NCBI GenBank assembly: GCA_977030845.1
Contig: OZ365118.1
Location: forward strand, 3,038,001-3,102,000
DNA: 64,000 nt
From: Fimbriosthenelais zetlandica
Lineage: Eukaryota
Direction: 5' to 3'
The notes under the pieces were generated by a model. That model worked only from the letters and a program-made list of their open reading frames with translations. It was not told the origin of the DNA and searched no databases. Below, in pieces: positions 38,404 to 52,330 of this stretch (within the stretch, counting starts at the first letter, position 1; each line of letters starts with the position of its first letter). The translations under genes were made by a program, and so were the position numbers.

Positions 38404-38417
38404 GCGCCATCTATTGT
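38404..38417 (-). promoter_or_regulatory. CTCF-like core site, reverse orientation (first of tandem pair)
   Basis: Reverse complement ACAATAGATGGCGC (12/14 to CCASYAGRKGGCRS). Confidence 0.4.
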
Positions 38418-38463
38418 AGCGTCGAAGAAGCTACACAGTAGCTATTTCTATAAGGTGACTACA

Positions 38464-38477
38464 GCGCCCCCTACTCA
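38464..38477 (-). promoter_or_regulatory. CTCF-like core site, reverse orientation (second of tandem pair)
   Basis: Reverse complement TGAGTAGGGGGCGC followed by TG (12/14 to consensus), 60 bp from the first site. Confidence 0.4.
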
Positions 38478-38842
38478 TTGTTATCCGCATCTTCCCATAA
38501 CGCAGTAAACACCACCTCGCCTTTCTTTTTGTCAACAGAAAAGGTCTTTTCACAACGTGTGACTTATACATGAAGTAATTCTACGTCATAATTCCCAGGC
38601 ATTGATATGTTATTTCCGTCCAATAAAGGGTGAAAACTTTAAAAAACCCCTGCCAGCCAATCAGCCATCAGAATGAATGCACGTGATCACTCATTCATCA
38701 CAGAACAGCTATGAGCTACCGGTATACGACAGTGTACATATGGCTATGCTCTTCCACCACCCTTGAACAGGGTAGGTAGGCTACACTTCTTTTCTAGGAT
38801 TTTCAGAATATTCTTAACAATATTCTAACCATCTCCCTCTCT

Positions 38843-38844
<2 letters not shown>

Positions 38845-38890
<46 letters not shown>
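38845..38890 (+). repeat. (CT)23 microsatellite
   Basis: Directly visible. Confidence 0.97.
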
Positions 38891-38895
<5 letters not shown>

Positions 38896-39702
38896 TCCTC
38901 TCTTCATTCTCTGCTGGCAGCGGCATTGGTTTTCCTTATATTATCGCTCGCTGCTTGTGTTTACATCTGCCTTGGTCTTTACTCTCCCTCACACACACAC
39001 ACTACATCTGCGTCTCTCCCACTTGCTCTGTCTTCCCCACTTGCTCTGTCTGTCTGTCTGTCTGTCCTTCCCCCCCCCCCTTATCGACCGTGTTTCCTAC
39101 CACCACAGGCCCACATTCAAAGTCTGTCTGTATGTCAGTCTCTCTGTCCCTGGCAGGACCACACTGAAGAGGTAAACAAATCGACAGTCATAGCAACAGC
39201 TGTATGATATCATTGTACCTTATGGTAGGCCTACTCATTCCCTACCAAACAACAATTAGGCCTAAGGTCTGCCCTGGAGTGGAGCCATAGGCGCAACGGA
39301 AGTGGCAGACCGTACAGAGGACAGCATATGTAGGCTAATCTTTTCTTCACCTTCATAATCGGGCGTGCACTGCACGCACAAACAGACATATTTTATCATG
39401 TTGTCACCCCAATAACTACACAACATGAAAGCAGCAGTAAGGCTCTTACTAAGGGTGCCTGTAGTCTACAAACTTAGGCCTACTCAATTCCCTACTTTCA
39501 CATAATATTATGACTTCCCTCCTTCTAACTCAACTATCACTTATAAATGCATACTTTCTCACAGGCAACCCAGGGAAACTACAAAAAAAAGTATATATAT
39601 ATTGCTAGTACATGCTACTATACTGGACTATCAGAGCTTGTCTATATGTTTATCCATATAACTGAACATGTTCTGGACGGTTTTCATGATGTATGTATTT
39701 CA

Positions 39703-39800
39703 ATGTAGGCCTAGGGGTAGGCTATATGTAGTCCTGTAGGTCTATGTAGGCCTTGTAGGTCTATGTAGGCTCTGTAGGTCTATGTAGGCCCTGTAGTCTA
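39703..39800 (+). repeat. 19-bp minisatellite (tgtaggtctatgtaggccc), 3 good copies plus degenerate flanks
   Basis: Units at 39735, 39754 and 39773. Confidence 0.9.
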
Positions 39801-42800
39801 TTCATACATCAGAATGTCCTTCGCACACAAATATGACACTCGAGTTTAGCCTACTGCAGCCTCCTATGATAAACATGTTTAGTGCTCATGGGTTGCTTGC
39901 TTTGGTTGTGTGTTGGGTTAGCAATGCCTTCACCACCTTGCATGAAACTCAAGACATCATTTTCAAATAGAGCAAACTTTTCAGCGTCCTGCTCTTTGAT
40001 GGAATGAAAAAATGATAATGAAAAGGCTTTACATGGAACAGTCTGACTAATTGGTGCTGACATACGACAGAGACAAGGCAGAACTTACCCACTGTACGGA
40101 GTAATTACCTTCACTGGAGGGACTGACAGATTTCTATTTTATAATGTTGTTCCTAAAGTGATGCAATTAGGCCAGGTGCCAATTTGTCTCTTTTCACTCA
40201 AAGTCCCTTCCTCTAAAGCTTTTGTATAGGAATCGCCTGAAAACACATACTCTTGGCACTGATTAAAGCCCAGTTTTTACTGTTTGTGTAATCTACGACA
40301 GGAATATGGAAAGTTGTAAGGAATGACATGTAAGCCCGGTAATTTAACCACTTGTTGTGCTGTCATTTTCCTACACATTTCACATGTTAGATGGGAACAT
40401 TTTAACCCATAGCCAGCCCCCCAGTTGTTCCACCTCAGCCACCCTGACATCCATGGCCGGTTATTCAGGGAATCTGACATGTAGAAGGGTCGTGCCTCAT
40501 TTATCATAGTAGGATTTACTCGCCTCTTCCTCACTGGAGAAGACTGCCTCTATCAGATGTGCTGGGTTAAGGAGGCAGGGACGGAGTGAAGGGTGGCCAA
40601 TTCCAAGGGGGAAGACAATCGACAGAAGATGGGAAGACAAACACAAACTTGACCCTGCCACTGCTCCCTACGTGTTCACAATGTAGATACCATCTGGGGC
40701 CCAGGACTGCCGACCTAATTAGCTTAAACCTGCCGACATTGGCTGTTCACATCTGGGTCAACTATGTAAGTGGATCTCTCATTGGAGGAGGCAGGCCTGA
40801 TCAGCATTCCACCCATCAGCCTGTCCTCTTACATAGAGTGATTGCTACTTGTTACTTCTCTTGTTTAAGACTGGAGAAGGCTTTCAATCTAGACACACTT
40901 AACTCAAGTACTCCCATTGAGGGAGCGCTTAATCATCACACAATGTTCACGTCTTACTTGCCATTCCCCCCATGGCTCATGCCAAGGCCCAATGATTGAT
41001 TCCCTTAGGCAAACTTGTCCATAAATTACCCACTGTCTAACACATGCTCGCTAAAATATGGATTATAACTGTAATTGGTAGAGGATGTATCATATGAAAT
41101 TTATTTATGAACTAATTGCAACAAACTAATTGCAACTTTTGATATGCTCAGTATCTAAGTTCGTGAATTAGAACGTACCAGAGTTGAGAGTATGGGATGT
41201 TCCATGTTTATTGAATAACATCATATCATTCCTCATATTCAATATAATTCACTTTAATCAAATGTTTCTACATCAATCCAACACTTCCTGGAAAAAACCT
41301 ACATCTTCCTGAAATTCAATATGACATTTGTATGATTCAATTACAGTACACTTGCCGGTGGAAGCAATCCATTTAGATACATATATATATGTATATATCC
41401 CGTTAGAAAATACTGCTGATATTCCCTCCGTTATATGAGAAAGAGAGAAAGCCAGCAGTAGCGAGCCATATATCAAACCCCCCTGTTATTGATGCTTTCT
41501 TGGATGTCCTGCTCCTCCATGAATACTCCATCTTCCAACAATCCTTCTTCAATAGGATCGGACATGTTGGACATCCAACAATCAATCAGTCCCGGGGTCA
41601 AAGGGCTAGAGCACAAAGCACCCTCCTGGAGGAGCCGGCTCACCCAATCAACCACCCCATGTACATGTATGTAGGTGGCATATTGAGGAATACAGTGGAA
41701 ACTTTTACTACCATCTCCTGTCACTGAATGATTGGGCCACAAACTCTGGCCTGACTTTGCTGTGACGGAAGTCTGTCTGTCTTTCTATAAGGCCTGGAGC
41801 AGCAAGGCAGCAGTTCACTCGAATGAGACCTGGAATGTTGTCCCAGGGTCTCACTAGAATATGATGAAGGATTGGTTCTACTTTATCAATTGCCTATTCG
41901 TGACATGTTTCATTTTTTCAGTGGTTACTCGAAGCTAAATAGTACCTGATTTTCCACTGAAACAGTGAGTTTACTTTGCTAAGAAAATGTGTTCATCTTA
42001 TAGGCTTTCTCTTGATGGCCATTGTCCCTTCATGGCCCATCTGTACTGCCTGTGATTGAACATCACAGCCAATATCGCCACTGTAATAAGCCTTCAAATG
42101 AGCATATCGTTTTCCAATAATTGAACCATTGGATATTCATTATCCTTCCCTTTTCAATGACTGAAATCTTACATGACCCAAGTGTCATTGACCCAAGTGT
42201 CGATCTCTTATAACTATTGTAGGGTTTCAATTAAAAAGTAACAGGTTCTTAAGTATTTGAAAAAAAACTTTATTGGATTTGTTACTCCTACGTCCTTCCA
42301 ACGCCAATAGCAATGAGTGAAGTGATGCCAATACAAAGTGTTCAAGCCAAATCTATGTCTATAGTAAAATTGGCCCAGTTTTTCTACATATACTCTGATA
42401 TGTACGTCTTCATTTAGCATTACCGCCTCCAGCCCCACGTCTCCCTCCTTCCTTCCCTTCTAACTTTGCCCCGCCGTGAGCCAACACCTCTCGCCAATCG
42501 TCTGCTACAGTTATTGGCAGCGATGGAGGACCAAAGTAGATTTAGTGCTTTAATCTAGTTTCTGGCACATGTCACAAGGAGTGATATCTCTTACTTAGGA
42601 CGAGCTCCGGCTTGTAGATCTCCAAGTGGCAATCGCTGAAAGAAATATGTATCAAGGGTCTGTTTCCCCGAAAAAATGATATATACACGAGTCTGTATAT
42701 TCACCATTGATGATTGGGGTACTTGTTTGTTATGAGACATACCCTGTCACAACACATCAGATGACAGCTACCTGATCTAAAGATAAGGCAGATATAGTGG

Positions 42801-43702
42801 AAGAGATGAGTAAGGAGAACAGTGTATTTTACATCATTTCTCACATAAATTACTCAGAATTTGTTAGGATTTTCTTGCTCCATTACCAAGAATTAGTTTC
42901 ATTCCCAGAAGCTGTGTTATTTCATCAGCATATTTTCTACTAATTGATGGTGTCACTTTTATTTAAATCTCAACAGAACAATTCTGCTCCTATGATATCC
43001 ACAGCCACCTCTTTTTCCATACAGAAGCTTCCACACAGAACACACAGATGAACACACAGGGTGCCCTCCACTAATATGCCCTTAATGAGAACTAAAAAGG
43101 GAACAATTCATTTCTAATTTGGCATCCTTTTTCATGTGCAATAACCCTGAGATGGACCTGGGTGATAAGGAAGCTTTCATTTATTGGGGCTTTCTCTGTG
43201 TTCTTCATTCCGCCATGATTGTAAGGCAATGTAAGCCTTGTATCTATGGGTGAATGGATGGCCCCACGCTCGCCCAGCCATGCATCTACTCAGCCCCGAC
43301 TCGTTAGGTTGTCCTCTACAACAGGTTTGAGGAATCGCACCAGCATTGACCTCTGGTGCTGCAATATTCATAAAAGTACACAATGGATTCTATCATGTCC
43401 TCCACCATCAGTTATTATGTCTGTGTCTCCTGATACCAGTAGAGTACTGCACGGAAAGAGGGAGAAGGGTAGTGCTGTATGGACTGAGAGAACGTCCCAG
43501 AGAGACTAGGACATGATTTGTACGAGAAGGGAGGTCATATCTAGTGGTATGAACTAGTCTGGTTCTCATTCTTTTCCACCTTCCTCCGATGCTATCTATG
43601 ACAGGCGAGGCTGGTTCATTACGCCAAGCCTTCTTCCTATTTTCCTCCTCTCAGATGCGATCATGACCGGGTCATTCTGCGGCCTGATCCCTCCAAGCAG
43701 AA

Positions 43703-43762
43703 CGGATTACGGCAAGTCGTGATGGAGGGCGCCATGGGGAGCGGATTACGGCATGTCGTGAT
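43703..43762 (+). repeat. 21-bp direct repeat pair (1 mismatch) with 18-nt spacer
   Basis: cggattacggcaagtcgtgat 43703-43723 and cggattacggcatgtcgtgat 43742-43762. Confidence 0.9.
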
Positions 43763-46700
43763 AGGAAGAAAGTGGATGGCGGGTAGAAATGTGTTAGGTC
43801 TGAGTACGGCGAGCATCTGGCCACATTCCCAGTTGCTGTGACACCTACCTCATTCATTCAACACAATCATAATCAGGAATGACACGCATGTGCTCACTAT
43901 GGTGGGTTGGGGGATGTTGGTGGCTGTATGCAGCAACATCACACACACAGGACATGAAACGTGGGCATTGACAAGACAAGTGGTTCCTCCCGCACCATCG
44001 GCGACAAATTTGACACATGTTCCCAACCCCTTTTCTACAAGCCCAGGCCCAGGGAGGCTGGCCATACTCATCACCACATCAAACGTCCCCCCCCCCCCAC
44101 CCCCTCCCTCCTTACATGCTCACTCCCCATGTCACTACGTACATGTCTTACAAACCTCAAACCTCCCAAAACCCCGCCCATGAAACCACACCTAACATTG
44201 ATACAAAAACCACAAAGTGTTGTGAATAAAACAATAAATCAAAACACACCTAAAAGCGCCGAAATTGTTCTTCAGAATGGTGTCTTTGATCAGGAGTGAA
44301 TGGATCCCATCTGGAAGGTGGCCCGCTTTAAATTACCTTCTTTGATTGGGATCTCCGACATGTAAAGCCTGTCAAAGCATGGCTTAATGAAACAACATGC
44401 ACTCCCTGGGATTTACTCACGACAAAAGAAATGTCATTCTGGTTGTGAGGCGAAGACAACATCATCCGTTAAAAATCCCACAATAAGAAGATACCATATG
44501 CTGAGTAAAAACAAGATATCCCCCGGCAAGGACAGAATCAAAGCATTTTATGTTTTTATATTGGGGGATTGTACATTCCCGGAGCACATTATTAAATTCC
44601 AATGAACAGCAATGATAATAATTGCATTATTATTGTTTTCTGCTCCATTTTTTGTCTTTCCTTGATGAGGTTGGAGGAGGTGAGAGGACTTCTGATAATT
44701 CATTCAGGGATCTTCTTTGAATTACCTAAAATATTGAGTTATTGAAGATATTCATCTTTTTGCCAAAAGGAATTTCTGATTAGCTTTCATCTTTTTCCTC
44801 GCCGGTGGTTTTTACTGAAGATAATTGGCGGTGGCACGTGCCTCTTTTGTTGGCAAATTTTGCTTGGCTTGCTACATTTTTTATAATATTCGCCTTACGA
44901 CAAAGTTTGTCTTGATAAACGAAATATTTACGATGACACAGAAAGATGCTTGTCTATAATCAAGTATTTAATATAAAAATACACTGTCTATATCAGGAAG
45001 AAATTGATGAGAAAAATGATACATTAGGTAATGAAATGTTTTGTTTTAAGTTTAACAATAGACTGTGAGGTGAAGTGGGGTGGAAGAGAAGAAAATGAAT
45101 CACACATCAGTGGGCAGTACGTGAAATTATTTATAGAAAGCCTGACGTGATTCATCAACCGTCTGTCCATATCACATTCTAATTGACAGTTGCTTTGGCA
45201 AGTCAAGAGGTTACAGCACACCCACTGTGAAGGGCCATGGCCCTTAAGGCCCTGTTAGGAATGCCCTTAGGTTGGCTAAAGCACAGGACCTTGAATACTC
45301 TTATCAAAACGTGGCCGAGCAGGACTTACAATGGCATGGAAGTCTCCTGGGCAGGGCAGCCTTCCTCAGTCCATTAGAGGGGAAATGGAGGCGATCTAGA
45401 GATAGGTGTAGCAGAAAGTTGTCTTGATGGGAAGCCGTGCTGATTTTTTGTGGACAATGAATTAAAAGTTCAAAAGTTGAAGGTCGCCCACAAAAACAGA
45501 CGACTCCACTTAAAGGCGTCCTTGACGCATGCGCAAGGTCACCCTGAGAACTTCCGGTGGCCTTACCCCTGATCGTACATACGTACCTTTTCGGCTTACA
45601 TTGATAGAAGGACATTAATGTCTAAGTTAATTAGGTATCTGATAGTATAAGAGTCATTGATACTATAAGAGTAATATACATGTTGTACATGTGTTATGAA
45701 GGGTTATTTGTGTCAGATTGAAGCATTTCATCGTGATTTGGTTTTATACCAGCCATTCTGACATGGACCGCTCCAGTGATTGATTGATTAATAGCCAGTA
45801 ATGAATGGCTACCCAGATCTGGAATAAGAATGAGTAAATAAGCGGTGGGAGAGAGAGAGAAGTGAGATAGAGAGAAAGATCAAGAATTGTATTTCTCAGT
45901 CAGAACAGGCCAGACCCACTTCTCAGGGAGAGGAAGCATATCCATCTAGCCCTACTATACAGCCCTGCAGACATTGACGGATTGCTTTCCATTGCCTGCA
46001 TACCAATTAGCCGGCCACAATTTTGTGGAGGTTGTGGCAAAAACCAAATGCAATTATCAAAGTGGCGAGTTGGATACTGCTGCGCTGTCAGCAATAGAAT
46101 TTAGATTCATTCTCACTGATAGAGGGCCTAGAGTAGAAGTGTTACAAGTCTCAGCTCTCAACAAATCTAAACCAAATATATTCTTATCAATTTAGGCTTA
46201 ATACATATTGCAGCGATCCTATACGAATGCCCTGTGACGTCCTGCAATCAACATCAGAGAAAGAAATGTTGATAATAATCCACGATTTCCAAAATTTACA
46301 AAAGTCAGACATTAAGGAGTTGTAACTTATGAATTTAAATGCTCCAAACAAGCCAACATCCTGTCATATTTGATACATAACAGGATTAATTTAGCTTGGA
46401 ATCATCTGTCCTTGTTGTCACTTTGCCAAGCATTATTTGTATAGGTTCATTAAGGCTTTAGTGATGCCTTGAGACTCGCTACAAAGTCTCCACTTCCGAC
46501 AGGCACACACCCTTTAACGTTCACAAACGATCGACAAATGAAGATGAGGGGAGAGGAGAGTGAGAGGAGAGCAGAGCTCCTGCCTCATTCACGGCCCCAG
46601 CCTCCCCCAATGTCACTCATTCACAACTCTTTCATGACTTTTCAAATACCATTTTCTGAGAGATCGTTTTTCAACATCAATTAAGGAATATCGTTTAATG

Positions 46701-49700
46701 TCGCCGTGTTATTGAATTGACGGAACCATTTGGATTGTGTTCCCAACGTTCCCACTCACGATGCCATTGTTGGGAACTTCTGAAAACAAGAAGAGATGCA
46801 TTTTGTTACCTCTGTTTTCAGTGAGGCCGAGTTTTAATTGCTTTTCCCTTTTGGCTTCGTCTTAATAATTCTGAATTTTAAACGACCTTTGGGGAAATAT
46901 TAGTATTATCTTTTGTGAAATATTTGGATGGCTTAAGCACTGGGTTCGCTTTTGTTTGTCAGATCTTTTATTGAGGACTGAGGACAAAATTAGTTGATGA
47001 TGGAAGTCAAAGAACTTTCAAGAGGACCCATTGGTTTATACTGTTACTGATATTTTTTTTCTGTTTTGCCACCCTCTCCCTGTACCCGGGGCCCCCACCT
47101 GATTGATAATCTGGTCGGGATTAGGATGACCCAAGAGGAGATTAGTCTTGTTTTAATCCTTCTTTATGAGAGCTCTTGTACATCATCACGTCTCCTCTTA
47201 TTTCCTAATGTCATGATTTATGAAGTGGGATCATCCAAGTGTTGGTCTTTTAGTCTGGATTAATCAAATATCATTAATCCCCGACCCCAGCCCCATGTGT
47301 CACTGCTGGAGCAAGTGAAATTGATCTTAATAATTCACAACTAGAAGTATTGATATGCAGATGTGTGGGCTCTGTGGCCAACCGAGCCTGGACGGATGGG
47401 CCTCGGTGGTGCTGTTCCTTCTCCACTCCACCGCCTTCCAAACTTGGATGACAAATCTCCAGGTGCCAGAGCAGCTCGAGTCTTAGCGAGCTGCTCGGCT
47501 TGTCTCCAGCTGCTCTCATGCTAACCGGTTTGTCTCCAGTGAACCAAGACATCGTTAGAGCGGGGATCAAGCGCCGGCCCCTCCACACCCACCACACCCA
47601 CAGCCACCATCACAAACCCATTGTGTTCAATTAAGCTCGACCGGAATTGCAATTTAGGCAAATGGATCCTGAGCAGGTTTAATTGTACGGCAGTGACTAG
47701 GATGGCTGGATGATGCAGGCTGAGTGCATACAGTTGTAGTATTGGACGTCTGGGAGCCGTTTGGTGGGGGATGGGGGGCCGTTAGCAGCGTCCCATTGGA
47801 CAAGCAAGTGGCCGGAACGGACTGTCCAGACACACTTTTGTCAACCTTCCATTAGATCCGCACCATTTCGTGTCAGTCGCGACACAATCTCTCTTCCTTG
47901 CATTTTAATGAGCGATGATGGACCGAGGGGTGGACTAGGGGACACGCGACGTGCCAAATCTGAAATGACGCGCGAACAACGACGTCTGCACGGTGGGTGG
48001 GACGTCAGGGAGGGGAAAACGGGGAGAAAAGAGGGAAAGGGGAAGAAAGAAGGGGAGACTGAGGCTGTCAGGCTGCTTGTCATGAGAGTCTGAGTCAGGT
48101 TCTGAGATTCTCTAACATCATGAAAGATGAGAATTAAACACCAATTAAGTCATATGAGGCTGTGGATCCTGAACCTCCCATCTCATAAAACATCTATTAT
48201 TCATAGGTAAATGACATGTCGAGGGATGAGCGGGGGAATGGTTACGTACACTATTGACAAATTAATGGATTTATTTAATAGGCAGCCTCTCTGTGATGCT
48301 TCCCATGTAAATGGCCATCTGTGAAGCTGAGTGATTGAGAGATGGCCATAAACTTGTCTCACTTAATATGGAGATGGTACAAGGTGGAAGCCCTGGCCCT
48401 TTGAAATGTCCATATAGAATAGATCACAAATTATGACTTATTTGTAAGAAGTTTGGACTTGAGGGGAATGTCCTGAAAATGTCAACGTACAAACCTAATG
48501 TTGTGCGCAATAACAGATAGGTTGTATTACATTTATTTTCATCCTTGATTGTCTCATACGAACTCCTATATTTCTTTGAAGTTTCGAGAATGACTTGTTT
48601 TATTTACCATTGAATGTGTTCATTTCTAACTATAGCTGTACCTCCAATACCAATACTTATGTACATTACAAAAATAGCCCAGATCACCTGATTGATATAA
48701 CTCATACACTCACCACCTCACACACACCTGGTCAGCAGCACACCACACCAAGCACACCTTTTAGCAAAAGTTTACCTCTCCAGTATGGTAAATATCATTT
48801 TATTCAACTTTATATTCCCTTTAAACCGTTCACTCGTTGATATATGTTATGTTGTGTGTTAAATTATATTATAACCGTATTATATCTTCGTATGAATCCA
48901 ATGACCCACCGGTGTGTGCTGCTTCTAGGCTTTACCATAAACCCCCAGCATATACTATACCCATTACCGTAAACCCATTTGTATGCACCTTAGGTTTGAA
49001 GATATTTCACCTTCATTTAATGGTTTTATAACTTCATGCCAATTGTATTATTGTTTATTTGAAATATTGGATATGAATATTTCCCAATTCAATATCAACA
49101 ATATCTTCGATATTTGTCAACTATATATTGGACTTTAAATTTAAATGAAATTACACCTTGCACTAAACATTTGCTATGTTGAAGTTGACAGGTTGTCTTT
49201 CCTGGAAGAAATAACCTCAACTGAAGTCATCGGTTGCTAAATGTCAATTTAATCAGCTTGTTAGCACATTATCATGTCGTAATTAAAGCGTGTCCGGTGG
49301 AATATTTTGAATGCTTCCAACAAGAGGTAAGAAGGTGATATGATACGCGTTACAATCTAGCCGACTTATTGGTAGTTAAACATGTGTATTCACAACTTTA
49401 ATGTGTGTCCGCCCCTTTAATACCCTGTTTACACATATCAGTCTGTTTCTATACACTTCACGTCACTTCATACCTGCCTATGTAAGTCGATCTGGCGCGC
49501 GCTCTGTGGCCATCCACTGTTCACAGTCAATGACTCAGTGTCTGTGGTGACCCACACATCTTCTGTACTCCACCTAAAAGGTGACTAAATGTAAAGCACA
49601 TTAATCAAACCAGAGAAAGCCACCTCTGCCGTGCCTTTTGTGTTTTGTGGAGTGAGTGACAGGTAGTGTATCTCTAAGACAGCGTCTCTCCCCATCACAG

Positions 49701-52235
49701 ACCCGCTGGTGCCTCTTCAATAGGAAGACCTGGTCAATGGATGTAAGGGGAGGGGGTGGGGGAGGGGGAAAGGGGTGGAAGAGGGGGAGAGGTCATGAAG
49801 AGGTTGTAGTTCATACCCCCAGCCTGGCTAAGGAAGCGATGTGATCTTCGTTTGATCGCTACATCTCGGCTCGCCAATACTGGATGAGCATTGAAGGGAA
49901 ATTGGTTTGGAAAGAAATGGTGATACTTAGCTGAGGGAAGTAGGCCAGTTCCCGCGGGACAATCAAGGGAAGAATAGCAATATCGCTACTCCATTATAGA
50001 TTATAGACCTCATTCTATTCACTGACATGATCTGTAAATATTGAAAGTCATGTCTGCCATGTTCAGTATCTGAAGCCAGCAGAGATGCATGGATGCAATC
50101 CATATATCATTGAAACATATAGTGTACCATAGGGTATATTGGCTTTTGATATACCTTGGAGGGAATTCCCTGGTATGTCTTGGAGTAGGAGTCTAAGAAG
50201 ATGTTAGGAAAGTGAGTCTTGGAGGAACTCGACATGTTTGATGTACATCGGGCAGAAAACATGTGTCTCTCTCACAATGCTTGTAAATCGCCGACTGATT
50301 TAGACAGAGGAAATAAGAGGAGGTCCTTCACCACTCAGGTTACAGCCAGTTCCCTTTGTCGCCCGAGTTGCCCATCCCTCCCCTTTATGTCAAAGCTTTT
50401 CTCCCGTTATTCCATCGCCATATCTCCCCAGAACTCCCTCTCTAAAGTGTGAGAGAGATAGGATACACAGGTTTCATTGTCTACAAAGGTAACTCTGCCT
50501 TCAAAGCTACCAATGTGATAAGGCTTGTATCCAATGAGAACATCCCCCCCCCCGACCCTCCCTGTGAAGTCTGGTTTAAAGTCCCTCCCGGACTGATGCT
50601 CTATCAAACCAAACCTTCATCTTTACAATTGTAGAAAGTCTCAACATCATCGTCTAATAAAAAACCCTTTCATTGCTGATAGACAAAGTATTTTGATACA
50701 CACCTTTATGCTGGTGACTATTGCTCAATACTATATCGTACTCCTAGTTGTGATTTTATTGCCTATAGAAACAAGCTACGGGGGGTCACGATATTGTGAA
50801 GGATTTTTAGAATCGTTGCCCCTTTATTGTGGTTAGAGGTAATGGATACTATACCAACTCGGTAATTGACTCTTCTGTGACCCCCTTCTGCCATGAAGGA
50901 ATTCAGACTTTTACTTCTGGCCTGACACCATTTTGAGCTATACAATAGTTAACCAGGATTTGTACTGAACTAAGCACTGATATTACTAATCATATGGATC
51001 CTATGATTGCTACCTTTCACTAATGTGATGCTTGAAATACCTGTCACAACATCAAAGAATGCGGGTAGGATTCTTTCATATGGAACCTATATACATTGAG
51101 ACTTGTATGCCTTTGTATGTTGTACATAATTGATGCTAAAATGCACACATGGAGGTGGGTGAAGTCATTGGTGGTCTCATTGCTGATTGCCCTGTCTGTC
51201 ATGCCGATAATCTCCACATATCATCGGCATTGGTCACTCAGGTCCGGTTTACAACCCGTCAGGCCCTGTCACATTTAAAGGCCATTTATGGGCGGACAAA
51301 GACACACAGCTATTTCCCGGAGGCATTTTTAAATAGCCTCACAATTCCCAGGCCACCAAACAACTTCTCTGTTGTGTCCTGGAAGAATTGAACAAGAATG
51401 CCAAACACAAAACTTACATTGATGATGTGTTCTTCCTGAGAGCTCTGTGTTGAGATATTATTATTTGAGATCTATCATGGTAATATATGGTATTGTTTCT
51501 CAATGATCTCTGGGACTTGTCGGGAGATAATTCAGAACACTTTGGGGCAAAGAGTTTAATTCAGGGGCATGTTCTGTTAAGAGGTCAAACTGAGGTTAAG
51601 AAAGTTGAATGTGTTTTCGGCAGGTCACCTCTATAATAGGTCGACTGTCAGATTCATTGACCATCATAATCACCTGCTTGTCTCTTTGTTCCTCTTCCAG
51701 GTTATGCCTGAGCATATTTGTCTCTAAATGGTCCCTTCATAATTGGTTATACCTATGCAAATTCATGCCTAAACGGTTCGGCTTATTTTGCGACTAATTG
51801 GTTAGGCATTTACATGTCTGTATCTAAATGGTTTAGTTTTTGTATATTTGTGTGTAAATGCTTAGACACCCGCTTATTTTTTTCTAAATCGTTTACCCAA
51901 TACTTGTTTGTGTCTAAATGCCATCCATGTTCTACGGATAATCCTTACATAAATTTCATTAAACGTATAAGCCACTCCTAGCCTTGAACGTGAGAAGGGG
52001 TGACATGAGAAGTGTGCTCATGTATGTTAGTTTAATCAAGTATAATTGTATCTCACTCCGCTCTGAGAGAAAGCAATCTCTTTAACAGCGCAGCCATTGC
52101 GTGTGACTGTCAAGCCTGACGTATTGAATGACGCAGCGGTAGGGATATTAACTGCTATGGGATGACAAGGAAAGATGCTGTCGCATATGGGGCGATAAGG
52201 GAGTGGGGTACATGTAGTGGTGAGTCTAGTCGATC

Positions 52236-52330
52236 TGCGCATGCCCACCATGAAAGTGGTCCGTCATCACATGACCGGAAGTGACGTCAGTCGTGCTGCC
52301 ACCTGGGATGATTGGGAGGCCGCCATTGGT
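52236..52330. promoter_or_regulatory. Orphan promoter/enhancer-like CpG-rich motif cluster
   Basis: NRF1-like TGCGCATGCC 52236-52245. Exact ETS-CRE composite CCGGAAGTGACGTCA 52275-52289. ATTGG boxes at 52311 and 52325. YY1-like GCCGCCATT 52319-52327. Confidence 0.5.

Noticed and set aside
14420-43762. CRISPR interpretation of the 70-bp, 24-bp, 55-bp and 21-bp/18-bp-spacer repeats
   Set aside because: The context is eukaryotic and spliced, there are no cas genes, and the spacers are absent, mutually homologous or present only once.
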